Translations under genes and position numbers: made by a program
In this document: in pieces, positions 1 to 8,966 of the stretch
Position numbering within the stretch: position 1 is the stretch's first letter
Layout: each line of letters starts with the position of its first letter
NCBI GenBank assembly: GCA_002494205.1
Contig: DLBE01000043.1
Span: forward strand, 15,893-79,892
Origin: Bacillales bacterium UBA7029
GTDB taxonomy: Bacteria; Bacillota_I; Bacilli_A; RFN20; CAG-826
Reading direction: 5' to 3'
DNA length: 64,000 bases
The notes under the pieces: generated by a model
Databases searched by the model: none
Told to the model about the DNA's origin: nothing
The model's input: only the letters and a program-made list of their open reading frames with translations

Positions 1-1141
1 CTTTTTCATCAAGTTTATCAATTTCTAAAATAACATTTGGAACTTTAGCAGTTTCAGCATGTGCCTCTAATGTTCCTTTGAATGCTTGTTCAGAGACAAA
101 AGACATATTTTTGCCAGCAAGATAGTTTAATTCATCAAGGTCTTCGTCAGCCTTTGGAATTGAGATTTCATGATTTGGGTGTTTGATATTTAAAACTGTT
201 TCAAATAGAACTCGAGAACCATCTTGGATGAATTGACCTAATGAATGAAGATCCGTGGAGAATGTAGCTGAACATGGGAATAGTCCTTTATGTTCTTTTC
301 CTTCAGATTCACCAAATAATTGTTTAAACCATTCACCAATAGAAACAAGTCTTGGTTCATATGTGACAAAGAGTTCATCCGCATATTTTTCGCGATATAA
401 TGCATCACGAATAACAGCATACTTATAGGCAGAATTTGCAGAAATTTCAGGGGATTTTAAGGATTTTTCTGCTTCTTTTGCTCCGGCAATGAGTTCTTTA
501 ATATTGATGCCGGCACAAGCAATTGGGAATAGCCCAACGGCAGAGAAAACAGAATAACGACCTCCAATATCAGAAGGTAAAACAAATCTTACATAACCTT
601 CTTGTTTTGATAATTTTAGAAGGGCTCCTTTTTCTTTATCTGTTGTAGCAAAAATAGCCTTTGATGCTTCCTTTTTGCCAACTTTTTCTTCTAGAAGGTT
701 CTTTAAAATTCTAAAAGCGATAGAAGTTTCGGTTGTTGTACCACTTTTTGAAATAACATTAATAGCAAATTTTTTACCTTTCAAATGTTCAATTACTTCA
801 TATAAATAGTCAGAAGAAAATGATTGTCCAACGAAAATAATTTCAGGTTTTTTGTCAGAATGCAAACCATTAATTGCTTCAATTGCAGCGCGTGCTCCTA
901 AATAAGAACCTCCAATGCCACAAACTAGCAAAATATCACAGTTTTTCCTAACAATTTCAGCATATTTTTGAATTTCATCAAGTTCGGATTCCTTAATGCT
1001 AGAAGGGTAGTTTAGCCAACCTAAATAGTCATTTCCTGGACCGGATTTGTCATCAATCATTTTATTAATTTCTTCGACTTGTTTTTTGTAGGAAGCGTAG
1101 TCAATTTTTCTTCCTAAATGTTCATCTAATACTTTAATCAT
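1..1141 (-). CDS. pgi: glucose-6-phosphate isomerase (N-terminal 380 aa; C-terminus lies left of the window)
   Basis: Not in the ORF track because it is open at the window edge. Minus-strand translation from ATG 1141-1139 gives MIKVLDEHLGRKIDYASYKKQVEEINKMIDD...LVCGIGGSYLGARAAIEA...LPSDIGGRYSVFSAVGLFPIACAG, the classic PGI motifs. Confidence 0.85.
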   Translation of the reverse strand, partial: MIKVLDEHLGRKIDYASYKKQVEEINKMIDDKSGPGNDYLGWLNYPSSIKESELDEIQKYAEIVRKNCDILLVCGIGGSYLGARAAIEAINGLHSDKKPEIIFVGQSFSSDYLYEVIEHLKGKKFAINVISKSGTTTETSIAFRILKNLLEEKVGKKEASKAIFATTDKEKGALLKLSKQEGYVRFVLPSDIGGRYSVFSAVGLFPIACAGINIKELIAGAKEAEKSLKSPEISANSAYKYAVIRDALYREKYADELFVTYEPRLVSIGEWFKQLFGESEGKEHKGLFPCSATFSTDLHSLGQFIQDGSRVLFETVLNIKHPNHEISIPKADEDLDELNYLAGKNMSFVSEQAFKGTLEAHAETAKVPNVILEIDKLDEK

Positions 1142-1502
1142 GTTTTTCTTCCTTTTCTTTAGAAATCCATTCGTTTAATTTTTCTTTTAAAACAGAGTAA
1201 TCAATAAATTCAGGATCAATTTTAACTTTCTTAACTCCGTTTTTATGATATTCTTCTTTTTCTTCGGCACTAATTTTAGACATTGAAAGTTTTAAAAATC
1301 CGTCATCTTCAATACCTATAATTTTTACTTGATAGGTTTTACCTATCTTAAGATATTTATGGATGTTTCTAATAAATACATTAGCAACTTCAGAAATATG
1401 AAGTAGTCCTTTTTTACCATCGGCAAAAATCATAATCGCTCCGAAGTCACGGATGTTGATTATTGTACCTTCAATAATTTCGTCAATTTCGTATTGTTTC
1501 AT
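1134..1502 (-). CDS. S1 RNA-binding domain protein (YabR / general stress protein 13-like)
   Basis: 122 aa with S1-fold signature GTIINIRDFGAIMIFADGKKGLLHISEV; start/stop overlap with neighbours indicates an operon. Confidence 0.7.
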   Translation of the reverse strand: MKQYEIDEIIEGTIINIRDFGAIMIFADGKKGLLHISEVANVFIRNIHKYLKIGKTYQVKIIGIEDDGFLKLSMSKISAEEKEEYHKNGVKKVKIDPEFIDYSVLKEKLNEWISKEKEEKHD

Positions 1503-2170
1503 TATTTCAATAATCCCTCGAGATATTTTAAATCACTAATGGTGGTAACTTTGTGATATTTTTTATCGCCTTTAACAAGTTTAACTTTGTTACCTCCAGA
1601 AATAACTAGTGAGCAATCATCTGTTGCATCTTTATTTGATGCATTTTGGTGTGCTTCTTTAATAAGACTAAATTTGAATGCCTGAGGCGTTTGAATTTGA
1701 GCAACTGTTTTTCGATCGACAAATTTAACAATTTCCTCTTGCTCATTTCTGATTGCAATTGTATTAACTGCTTCCAAATAAGAGGTTGCCGCTCCGGTTT
1801 CTTGGGCAGCTTTTATGACTTGATTGATTATAAAAACATCAACCAAAGGTCTTGCCGCATCATGAATGACAACAATGTCGTCACTTTCTAAAGAAAGTGA
1901 CAATAGTGCATTTTGCACTGATTGTTGTCTTGTTTCTCCGCCTAAAACAAGTTTGGCTTTAATGTGATTATCTTTGATATATTTTTCAACATCGTTTCTG
2001 TTATTTAAATTAACAACAACGATGAGTTCATCAAAGTTTCGTTTATTAAAAGTTTCTAGTGAATAGGAAAAAACTGGTTTGCCGTTTAATAAGCAAAGCT
2101 GTTTATTTGTTGGACTTTCAAAACGAGTTGAAAGACCAGCCATCAATATAATGCCAGCTAGTTTTTCCAT
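1502..2170 (-). CDS. IspD/TarI-family sugar-phosphate cytidylyltransferase
   Basis: 222 aa; AGIILMAG-S-R...HDAARP...TPQAF motifs of the IspD/TarI fold. No other MEP-pathway genes nearby, so substrate is uncertain. Confidence 0.65.
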   Translation of the reverse strand: MEKLAGIILMAGLSTRFESPTNKQLCLLNGKPVFSYSLETFNKRNFDELIVVVNLNNRNDVEKYIKDNHIKAKLVLGGETRQQSVQNALLSLSLESDDIVVIHDAARPLVDVFIINQVIKAAQETGAATSYLEAVNTIAIRNEQEEIVKFVDRKTVAQIQTPQAFKFSLIKEAHQNASNKDATDDCSLVISGGNKVKLVKGDKKYHKVTTISDLKYLEGLLK

Positions 2171-3021
2171 TCGATTCCTAATTTATTTGCTAATTCTTTT
2201 GATTGAGCTTTAAGTGATGATTCAGCAGCAACTGTTTGAATGATAGATTGAATAACTTTTTCAAGGTCGCTACCTTTAGAATAATCAGCTTTAACACAAA
2301 CGTTGGTACGTTTTTCTGCTAATAATTTTCTTAGAGCTTTTTCATCTCTATCGCTATAAATAGCGATTGAGTGTCCAGAGTTGTTTTGAACAAGTTGCAT
2401 ACAAGGAATGTCAGTCATTCCATCTCCTAGATAAATCATATTGGTGTATGGAATTCTAATATTCTCAACTTTGGTATTAATAGTGGTGTCATCTGTTAAG
2501 TCAAAAGAGCCTTTTCTAATACGATAAATAAATTGTGTTTTCATTGTGTAGTTAATGGCGAGTTTTGGCCATACAGGTTCTTTGGTTTCAGGGTCAAAAT
2601 AGAATTCACATCCAAACATATATTTGAAATGTTTAGCGATTGAACATCCTTCAAGAATCTCTTTTGTTCCAGATGAAATGATATAGTGTTCGATTTGAAC
2701 CCCTAAGCTTTCTCCGAAAGCATTGATTCTATCAAACCAAGTAGAAACTCCATCAAAATATTGGATTTTTTTGCCCATATCATTAAGAGCTTCTCTAGTT
2801 AATTTGATACCTTTGTCTTTGCAAAGTTTGACCATTGTATACATGTAAGAGAGAATTCTTTCAACTCCGGTTGCGGCTTGGAATTTTCCAGTTTCGCCCC
2901 AGAATTCACTTGGTGTCATTCCTAAAGATGGAATAAAACCATAATCTTGCATGTCACTTCTCGATAATGTTTTATCGAAGTCATACATAAGAGCGACAAT
3001 AGGTCTTTCAGTTTTTTTCAT
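2158..3021 (-). CDS. HAD-superfamily hydrolase
   Basis: 287 aa; N-terminal YDFDKTL (HAD motif I, DxD) and later GDGMTD (motif IV). Confidence 0.55.
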   Translation of the reverse strand: MKKTERPIVALMYDFDKTLSRSDMQDYGFIPSLGMTPSEFWGETGKFQAATGVERILSYMYTMVKLCKDKGIKLTREALNDMGKKIQYFDGVSTWFDRINAFGESLGVQIEHYIISSGTKEILEGCSIAKHFKYMFGCEFYFDPETKEPVWPKLAINYTMKTQFIYRIRKGSFDLTDDTTINTKVENIRIPYTNMIYLGDGMTDIPCMQLVQNNSGHSIAIYSDRDEKALRKLLAEKRTNVCVKADYSKGSDLEKVIQSIIQTVAAESSLKAQSKELANKLGIEWKN

Positions 3022-3121
3022 ATTACTTACCTCGCGTATAACATTAACAAATGTTAATTATAAAGTCAATTTTTGACAATTGGCATTTTAATAATTGCCA
3101 ATTAATGCACGAGAATAAATT

Positions 3122-3147
3122 ATAAAAAAAGAGAGATTAATCTCTCT
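3122..3147 (-). terminator. intrinsic terminator downstream of tRNA-Leu
   Basis: gagagattaatctctc hairpin (3131-3146) flanked by an A-run on plus, giving a T-run on the minus strand. Confidence 0.6.
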
Positions 3148-3160
3148 TTATTTCGTTTAC

Positions 3161-3245
3161 TGGTGCAGTGAATGAGAATCGAACTCACACGGGTCACCCC
3201 ATACGCCCCTCAAACGTACGCGTCTACCAGTTCCGCCATCACTGC
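3161..3245 (-). tRNA. tRNA-Leu (anticodon GAG)
   Basis: Reverse complement is GCAGTGATGGCGGAACTGGTAGACGCGTACGTTTGAGGGGCGTATGGGGTGACCCGTGTGAGTTCGATTCTCATTCACTGCACCA. It has a 7-bp acceptor, type-II long variable arm, anticodon loop TTGAGGG, GTTCGATTC T-loop and encoded CCA. A TTGTTA-17-TATATT promoter sits 7 nt upstream on the minus strand. Confidence 0.85.
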
Positions 3246-3292
3246 AGCGATAAATAATATACTATTAAAGTTTGCTTCTAACAAGTAAAAAA

Positions 3293-4717
3293 TTAGATTG
3301 AGAACAATAAAGCCGCAATTGAGAAATAAATAACTAAGCTAGAAACATCAACAATAGTTGTTAATAGTGGTTGAGAAACAATTGCTGGGTCTTTCTTAAT
3401 TGCAGCGGCACCCATAGGAAGTACAACAGCAACCATTTTTGACAAGAAAATGGCAATTGATAAAGTTCCTGCGACTAAGCCTGAAGTTTTGAATGTTTTA
3501 ATAGCAAAATCAGCAGTCCAACAGTTGCCAGCCCAAATTGATGCGTTGTCTATACTAACAATGCCTGTGTATTGTTCTAATGAGAACCAAATAAACCCAA
3601 AAACACCAATAAATAAGGCGATAATTAAGGCAGATAAAGCCTCTTTTCTAATAATTTTCCAAAACTCTTTTGGACTAAATTCTTGCAAAGCAAGACCACG
3701 AATCATAAGAGCGATTGTTTGGCCGCCTGCATTTCCGCCGGTATCCATAATAACTGGGATGAATGCAGCTAAAATCGGAAGGGCGTTTAATCGAGCTTCA
3801 AATCGTGATAAGACCAATGAGGAAAATGTTCCTAAAATAAGTAAAACAATAATCCAAGGAACACATTTTTTAACCATCGAAAAAGTGGATGTTTGAAGGT
3901 ACGAATCTTCTAATGGAGTAACCATTTGTAACTTGGAAATATCTTCTGTTTGTTCTTCTTCAATAACGTCCATAACATCGTCGACAGTAACGATGCCAAC
4001 AAGACGTCCATCATTATTTAAAACAGCGACAGCATTTAAGTCATAACGTTTAACAACGTTAGCAACATCTTCTTGGTCATCATTTACATTGACTGTGTTA
4101 AAGTCTTTATTCATGATCTCAGTTATAGGTTTTTCGCCATCTGCAAAAATCAAATCGTCTAAGTCAACAGTACCAACTAAATTACGTTGTCTGTCCATAA
4201 CGAAAACGGTATAAATTGTTTCTTTATTTTTACCAGTTTTACGGATAAGTCGAATTGCCTCATCACAAGTAACATCGTCTAACAAGACGACGAACTCGGT
4301 GGTCATAATGGAACCCGCGGAGTCCTCTTTGTAGTTTAAAAGACGATTAATACTAGCGCGTTTTTCTTTTGGAACGTTACGTAAAACACGACTGACAACG
4401 TTAGCAGGTAATTCTTCAAGATCATCAACGATATCGTCTGTAAATTGAGATTCAAGAATCTCAGATAGTTGGTCATCAGAAAGACATTTGATGACTTCTT
4501 CTTTAACTTCAGCAGGTAAATCTGTGAAGAATTCAGCAGTGTATTCTGATTTTACTGTCTTCAAAATGAAGACAATTTTCTTAACATCTTCTAAGTCAGC
4601 ACATGCTTCAGCAATATCAATTTCAGGGACAACCTCAAAAACATGTCTAAGTTCTTTGACATTTTTGGAATCAATTAATTTTTCAATTTGTTCAGTTGAA
4701 ATTAACTCATTTTCCAT
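3293..4717 (-). CDS. mgtE: magnesium transporter MgtE
   Basis: 474 aa; N-terminal MgtE-N domain, tandem CBS region and a C-terminal TM domain with the PVIMDTGGNAGGQT signature. Confidence 0.9.
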   Translation of the reverse strand: MENELISTEQIEKLIDSKNVKELRHVFEVVPEIDIAEACADLEDVKKIVFILKTVKSEYTAEFFTDLPAEVKEEVIKCLSDDQLSEILESQFTDDIVDDLEELPANVVSRVLRNVPKEKRASINRLLNYKEDSAGSIMTTEFVVLLDDVTCDEAIRLIRKTGKNKETIYTVFVMDRQRNLVGTVDLDDLIFADGEKPITEIMNKDFNTVNVNDDQEDVANVVKRYDLNAVAVLNNDGRLVGIVTVDDVMDVIEEEQTEDISKLQMVTPLEDSYLQTSTFSMVKKCVPWIIVLLILGTFSSLVLSRFEARLNALPILAAFIPVIMDTGGNAGGQTIALMIRGLALQEFSPKEFWKIIRKEALSALIIALFIGVFGFIWFSLEQYTGIVSIDNASIWAGNCWTADFAIKTFKTSGLVAGTLSIAIFLSKMVAVVLPMGAAAIKKDPAIVSQPLLTTIVDVSSLVIYFSIAALLFSI

Positions 4718-4821
4718 TTTTGATGCCTCCCTTCCGTGTTAGTTTACATTCTTTAAATAAAGAAATAAAGCAAAAACGAAATAATAGTGATACAATACTT
4801 TCGCAAAGGATATACAAGTAT

Positions 4822-5394
4822 ATGAAGAAATTTATAGTTGAAACAAGCGCAAGACACATTCACGTAACTGAAGAAGCTTTAGAAAAACTATGTGGAAAAG
4901 GCGCTAAATTAGAAGTAAAAGCGATGCTTTCACAACCAGGACAATTCTGTTCTACAACAAAATTAAGTATTGTTGGTCCAAAAAACACAATTAACGGTGT
5001 TTCTATTCTTGGTCCATGTAGAAAAGCAAACCAAGTTGAAATATCGGCAACTGATGCAAGAACACTTGGATTACCAGCAGTCGTAAGAGAATCAGGTGAT
5101 ATCGCAGGTACTCCTGGAGTTAAAATCGTTGGACCTTGTGGAGAAATCGAATTATCTGAAGGTTTAATTGTTGCAAAACGTCACATTCACATGACTCCTG
5201 CAGACGCTAAAGAATTTGGCGTTGAGAATGGTCAAATCGTAAAAGTCGCTACTGGAAACGAAGGACGTAAGGTCATTTTTGATGATGTCGTTATCCGTGT
5301 TCGCGAAGATTTCGCACTTGCCATGCACATTGATACAGATGAATCAAACGCTGGTTTATGTGGAATGAAATGTGAAGGCGAAATTGTAAAATAA
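4822..5394 (+). CDS. pduL: PduL/EutD-type phosphate acyltransferase (phosphotransacetylase-like)
   Basis: Internal ATG of ORF 4696-5394. MKKFIVETSARHIHVTEEA...VAKRHIHMTPADAKEFGV shows the duplicated PduL half-domains. Confidence 0.75.
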   Translation: MKKFIVETSARHIHVTEEALEKLCGKGAKLEVKAMLSQPGQFCSTTKLSIVGPKNTINGVSILGPCRKANQVEISATDARTLGLPAVVRESGDIAGTPGVKIVGPCGEIELSEGLIVAKRHIHMTPADAKEFGVENGQIVKVATGNEGRKVIFDDVVIRVREDFALAMHIDTDESNAGLCGMKCEGEIVK

Positions 5395-5496
5395 AAAAAT
5401 ATAAAAACTACTAAAATCTTCGGTAAATCCCGGGGATTTTTGTTATTTTACAGTGAAATTTACTAAATTATTTAATCCTTTTATCTATATACTTTA

Positions 5497-5525
5497 TTGA
5501 TATATTAAACGCGAGGGCGTATGAT
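5497..5525 (+). promoter_or_regulatory. sigma-A type promoter for the metK leader (TTGATA-17-TATGAT)
   Basis: -35 at 5497-5502, 17-nt spacer, -10 at 5520-5525. The predicted TSS falls at the start of the riboswitch P1. Confidence 0.5.
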
Positions 5526-5530
5526 AAATG

Positions 5531-5697
5531 CAAGTTCTTATCAAGAATCACGTTAATATGGAATGAAAGAACGTGGTAGCAACTCTCAATAACGAGTAAG
5601 TGCTCTTCCATAGCAGAGGCCCACCCTCTGAGCGATAAGACGGAAACCACTAAATAATAAAGTGACTTTCCTTGGTGGGAAGTCATTTTTATTTAAT
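5531..5697 (+). promoter_or_regulatory. S-box (SAM-I-like) riboswitch with expression-platform terminator, upstream of metK
   Basis: P1 strands TTCTTATCAAGAA ... GCGATAAGAC; ATGAA K-turn element; P3-like AGCAAC...AAGTGCTCTTCCATAGC (compare GCAACC...AAGGTGCnAAnTCCnGC); P4 CAGAGG-CCCACC-CTCTG. A terminator hairpin TGACTTTCC/GGAAGTCA plus T-run at 5661-5697 ends just before the metK SD. P2 is divergent, lacking the GGAGGGA/GGCCC element. Confidence 0.6.
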
Positions 5698-5714
5698 TTA
5701 GGTAGGTGGAAGTT

Positions 5715-6878
5715 ATGGAAAAAAGAAATTTATTTACATCTGAGTCAGTTTCAGAAGGACATCCAGATAAGGTTTGCGATCAAATTGCTGATGCTGTTTT
5801 AGATGCTTGTTTGAAAGAAGACGCTAATTCAAGGGTCGCATGTGAAGTTTTTGTTACTACTGATTATTGTCTAATTGGTGGGGAAATCACATCAAATGCT
5901 AGACCAAATTATGAAAAAATTGCTAGAGATGTTATTAGAGATATAGGCTACACGAAAGATGAATACGGTTTTAATGCTGATTCTGTAAAAATTGATATAA
6001 AAGTAAAAGAACAATCCCCAGATATTGCAATGGGTGTAGATGCGAAAAAGCCTGAAGAAATCGGTGCAGGTGATCAAGGAATTATGTTTGGTTATGCCAC
6101 TAATGAAAGCGAAGGCTACATGCCTCTTCCTGTTGTAATTGCTCATAAGCTCGTTAGAGTCGCGACAAGCATGAGAAAAAGTGGTGAATTTAAGGGCGCT
6201 AGACCTGATATGAAATCACAAGTTACAGTTGACTATTCAAACCCTTCAAAACCTATTGTAGAAACTGTTTTAATGTCAATCCAACATGATCCTGATGTTA
6301 ATTTAGACAAATTCAGAGAATTTGTTCATACTCATATTATGGTCCCTGTTGTTGAATCATTTGGCCTAAATACAGATTTTAAAGTTTTGGTAAATCCTAC
6401 TGGCAAATTTGTCATTGGCGGACCAGCTGGTGACACTGGTGTAACTGGAAGAAAAATTATTGTAGATACTTATGGTTGTGCAGGTCATCATGGTGGTGGT
6501 GCATTTTCTGGTAAGGACCCAACAAAAGTTGATCGTTCTGGTTCGTATATGGCACGTTATATTGCAAAAAATCTTGTTGCAGCAGGTGTCGCTGATAAAT
6601 GCGAAATTCAAATTGCATATGCAATTGGAAAAAATTATCCTGTTTCAGTACATGTTGATACATTTGGAACGGCTAAGATTGATGAAGAAAAGATTGTTTC
6701 AATCATTTATGATATTTTTGATTTAAGACCAGGAATGATTATTAAAAATTTTGCTTTAACTCATCCAAATTTTGAATATCATAAACTAACAAATTATGGT
6801 CATTTTGGTAGACCTGACCTTAATCTTCCTTGGGAAAGATTAGATAAGGTAATCGAAATTAAAGAAAAATTAAGATAA
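5715..6878 (+). CDS. metK: S-adenosylmethionine synthetase
   Basis: MEKRNLFTSESVSEGHPDKVCDQIAD..., GAGDQGIMFGYA, GGGAFSGKDPTKVDRS. ATG at 5715 is preferred over track GTG at 5706 because the SD AGGTGG lies at 5704-5709. Confidence 0.95.
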   Translation: MEKRNLFTSESVSEGHPDKVCDQIADAVLDACLKEDANSRVACEVFVTTDYCLIGGEITSNARPNYEKIARDVIRDIGYTKDEYGFNADSVKIDIKVKEQSPDIAMGVDAKKPEEIGAGDQGIMFGYATNESEGYMPLPVVIAHKLVRVATSMRKSGEFKGARPDMKSQVTVDYSNPSKPIVETVLMSIQHDPDVNLDKFREFVHTHIMVPVVESFGLNTDFKVLVNPTGKFVIGGPAGDTGVTGRKIIVDTYGCAGHHGGGAFSGKDPTKVDRSGSYMARYIAKNLVAAGVADKCEIQIAYAIGKNYPVSVHVDTFGTAKIDEEKIVSIIYDIFDLRPGMIIKNFALTHPNFEYHKLTNYGHFGRPDLNLPWERLDKVIEIKEKLR

Positions 6879-6910
6879 GAGAGAAATATTCTCTCTTTCT
6901 TTTTTTGATT
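6878..6910 (+). terminator. intrinsic terminator after metK
   Basis: gagagaa-ata-ttctctc hairpin followed by tttctttttttt. Confidence 0.7.
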
Positions 6911-6988
6911 TTCCTTTAATTATTTTAATAATTTTGCGATAATATAATTGTAATTAGCTACATATCTAATTTGGAAAGGGGGTTTCTT

Positions 6989-7543
6989 ATGAAAAACCAA
7001 ATTATTGGTAAGAACATCACCGTCACCGAAGCAATCAAGTCAGTTGTTGAGAAAAAACTTTCTCGACTTGAAAAGTATTTCGTGATTAACGAAGATGTTT
7101 CTTGCCGCGTAGTAGTCAGATCATATCCTGTTGGAGCAAAGGTTGAAATTACTATCTTTACACCACAAATGGATCTCAGAGCTGAGGTATCTGATAATGA
7201 TCTTTATGCCGCTGTTGACCTTGCTATTGATAAGCTTGAAGGTCAAATGAGAAAACTTAAGACAAGAATGGACCGTTCAAACGGCAAAATGTCTTTAGGA
7301 AGAGCATTAGCTCTTGATTATCTCGAAGATGTCGAAGAAGTCTCTGATGAAGAAGACGAAGTCGTTCGTATTAAAACTAAATATCTTGATCCAATGACAG
7401 TTGAAGAAGCTGTCGCAAGAATGGAAGCAATTGACCACCCATTCTTCCTCTATTTAGATGAAGAAGATGACAAAATCTCTGTTGTTTATAAACGTGAAGA
7501 TGGCGGTTATGGTATCTTCCAAGCGGAGAACGAACTTAAATAA
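6989..7543 (+). CDS. hpf: ribosome hibernation-promoting factor (long form HPF/YvyD)
   Basis: MKNQIIGKNITVTEAIKSVVEKKLSRLEKYF with the long-HPF C-terminal dimerisation domain. ATG 6989 is preceded by SD AAGGGGG. Confidence 0.85.
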   Translation: MKNQIIGKNITVTEAIKSVVEKKLSRLEKYFVINEDVSCRVVVRSYPVGAKVEITIFTPQMDLRAEVSDNDLYAAVDLAIDKLEGQMRKLKTRMDRSNGKMSLGRALALDYLEDVEEVSDEEDEVVRIKTKYLDPMTVEEAVARMEAIDHPFFLYLDEEDDKISVVYKREDGGYGIFQAENELK

Positions 7544-7561
7544 GAAACTAGTAAATCTTAA

Positions 7562-7590
7562 AGAGGGGATAAAAATCCTCTCTTTTCTTT
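7562..7590 (+). terminator. intrinsic terminator after hpf
   Basis: agaggggat-aaaaa-tcctctc hairpin plus ttttcttttt. Confidence 0.6.
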
Positions 7591-7683
7591 TTCTTGTAAA
7601 TAATTGACATTTATCATAAGATAATGTCGTGCGACTTTAGAGTCGTTAACGGGATTCAAATTTAAATCAGAAAGGATATAATT

Positions 7684-8541
7684 ATGAATAATTATACAGC
7701 CGCTATTGCAAGTTTCATTAGATTCGATGTTGTAGTTTTTAACACCCTTGAATATGCAATGAAAAAAGATAGTTACGATATCAATGCTTACAAAGCACGT
7801 AAAGAAATTATTACAAACGAAATTACTCAAAACACACCACTTAAGAACTGTTGTGAACATTCAGAGGAAGCTGGTAAAAATCTTCTCGCTAAGATTCAAG
7901 AACTTCTTGATACCATCTATTCTGAAAATTCAACAATTGTAAAACTTTCACAAGATGGTAATGAACTTAGAGTTGATTATTCTCAAGCTATTACAATCTT
8001 CGAAACAGTTATGCCAATTCACGAAGAAGTTCGTAAAATTGTTGCAGCTCACGTTAATGCTGCTAAGAGCAAAGATCAATATGATGAGCCAACTTATCCA
8101 GAAGTTATCGATTCAGAAGAATACTTCTATCGTGGACTTGTTAATATGTTGATGCTTGAAGAACTCGATCATCAATTTGCTGAATATAATAAAGCAAGAC
8201 AAGAAGCAAAAGGTGGAATTACTGCTCAATCAAACTTCATTCAAAATGATATTAATCGTTTAGTTAAATTATTCCATTTCTCTAGGGAGAATGCTCAAGC
8301 TAAGAGTGCTGAATATTATGAAGTTATTGACCCATTATTTGCTCTTATTGAAATGACTGGTGGTCGTAGAGATCTTCCTGCAGGCAAAAACTTCGGTGAT
8401 GTATTTATTGAAGTTAAGAAAATTGCTCGTGAGAAAACTGCTAAATGGGAAAATAAATGGAAAGAAGTTTATGAACCATTTATGCAACACTTCACTGAAG
8501 AAATTCAAAAGATGCAAGCTGGTCAAGGAGCAAAGGCTTAA
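7684..8541 (+). CDS. hypothetical protein
   Basis: 285-aa ORF with SD AAAGGA upstream. No recognisable domain; uniform codon usage. Confidence 0.5.
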   Translation: MNNYTAAIASFIRFDVVVFNTLEYAMKKDSYDINAYKARKEIITNEITQNTPLKNCCEHSEEAGKNLLAKIQELLDTIYSENSTIVKLSQDGNELRVDYSQAITIFETVMPIHEEVRKIVAAHVNAAKSKDQYDEPTYPEVIDSEEYFYRGLVNMLMLEELDHQFAEYNKARQEAKGGITAQSNFIQNDINRLVKLFHFSRENAQAKSAEYYEVIDPLFALIEMTGGRRDLPAGKNFGDVFIEVKKIAREKTAKWENKWKEVYEPFMQHFTEEIQKMQAGQGAKA

Positions 8542-8547
8542 TATTTT

Positions 8548-8922
8548 ATGAAGAAAGTTACTACTAAAGAATTTATTTGGTATCTAGGTGCCGGTTTCCT
8601 TGTCTTCCTAGGATTAATTGCAGTTATCTTTGGAATTATTGGTTATCACGTTACCGGACCAGCTGAACAAAACTTTATTCAAAAGTTTGAAGAAGCAATT
8701 CACTTTGAACTCAGATTCTTAGGTTTAATCTTTATTGGCGCTGGCGTTGTCTTAGCAATCTGTGTCTTAGTATTCAATGCTAAAAAAGCCGATAGAGAGG
8801 TTGAAAAGAAGATTCGTAGAGAACAACGTATTGCTGCCCAAAGCAATAAAACTATTGAAGTTAAAAACGCTGTCGAAATCATTGAAGAAGCTCCAAAAGC
8901 CGAAGAAGTCGAAGCTAAATAA
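8548..8922 (+). CDS. small membrane protein (2 TM) with charged C-terminal tail
   Basis: 124 aa; two hydrophobic segments followed by a KE-rich tail. Immediately follows the previous gene. Confidence 0.5.
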   Translation: MKKVTTKEFIWYLGAGFLVFLGLIAVIFGIIGYHVTGPAEQNFIQKFEEAIHFELRFLGLIFIGAGVVLAICVLVFNAKKADREVEKKIRREQRIAAQSNKTIEVKNAVEIIEEAPKAEEVEAK

Positions 8923-8938
8923 ATTTGTTAAATTTAAA

Positions 8939-8966
8939 AGGTGTGCAAAGTTGCACACCTTTTTAG
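8939..8966. terminator. bidirectional intrinsic terminator
   Basis: aggtgtgcaa-ag-ttgcacacct perfect 10-bp palindrome with T/A runs on both sides, between convergent genes. Confidence 0.75.

Noticed and set aside
1646-1891. Numerous 60-150-aa ORFs on the strand opposite to annotated genes
   Set aside because: Examples include 1646-1891, 3450-3896, 4488-4742, 5468-5686, 5892-6146, 6366-6726, 7558-7860, 8335-8986, 9298-9661, 12300-12500, 15147-15416, 18109-18384, 20741-21411, 23936-24199, 28362-28919, 29747-30070, 31285-31527, 32223-32486, 34948-35175, 38675-38896, 39634-40174, 42126-42314, 45970-46810, 48045-48610, 52025-52288, 53489-53935, 55243-55428, 59148-59351, 60149-60343, 61015-61341, 62719-62910 and 63343-63597. 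Each is embedded in a longer, homology-supported gene on the other strand or in another frame. They have no RBS or promoter context and are low-complexity. They are typical AT-rich antisense ORF artefacts.
1502-2170. Assigning the IspD-like gene to the MEP isoprenoid pathway (ispD)
   Set aside because: No dxs, dxr, ispE or ispF are nearby. The same fold is used by TarI and LicC for CDP-ribitol or CDP-choline. Only the family-level call is kept.
4696-4821. Longer 232-aa version of the pduL-like ORF starting at 4696
   Set aside because: The extension overlaps the mgtE start region on the other strand and adds a non-conserved N-terminus. The PduL homology begins at MKKFIVETSARHIH (ATG 4822).
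7604-7625. TTGACA hexamer upstream of the 7684 hypothetical gene as a -35 box
   Set aside because: No acceptable -10 hexamer lies at a 16-18 nt spacing; the nearest GATAAT is only 10 nt away. It is not reported as a promoter.
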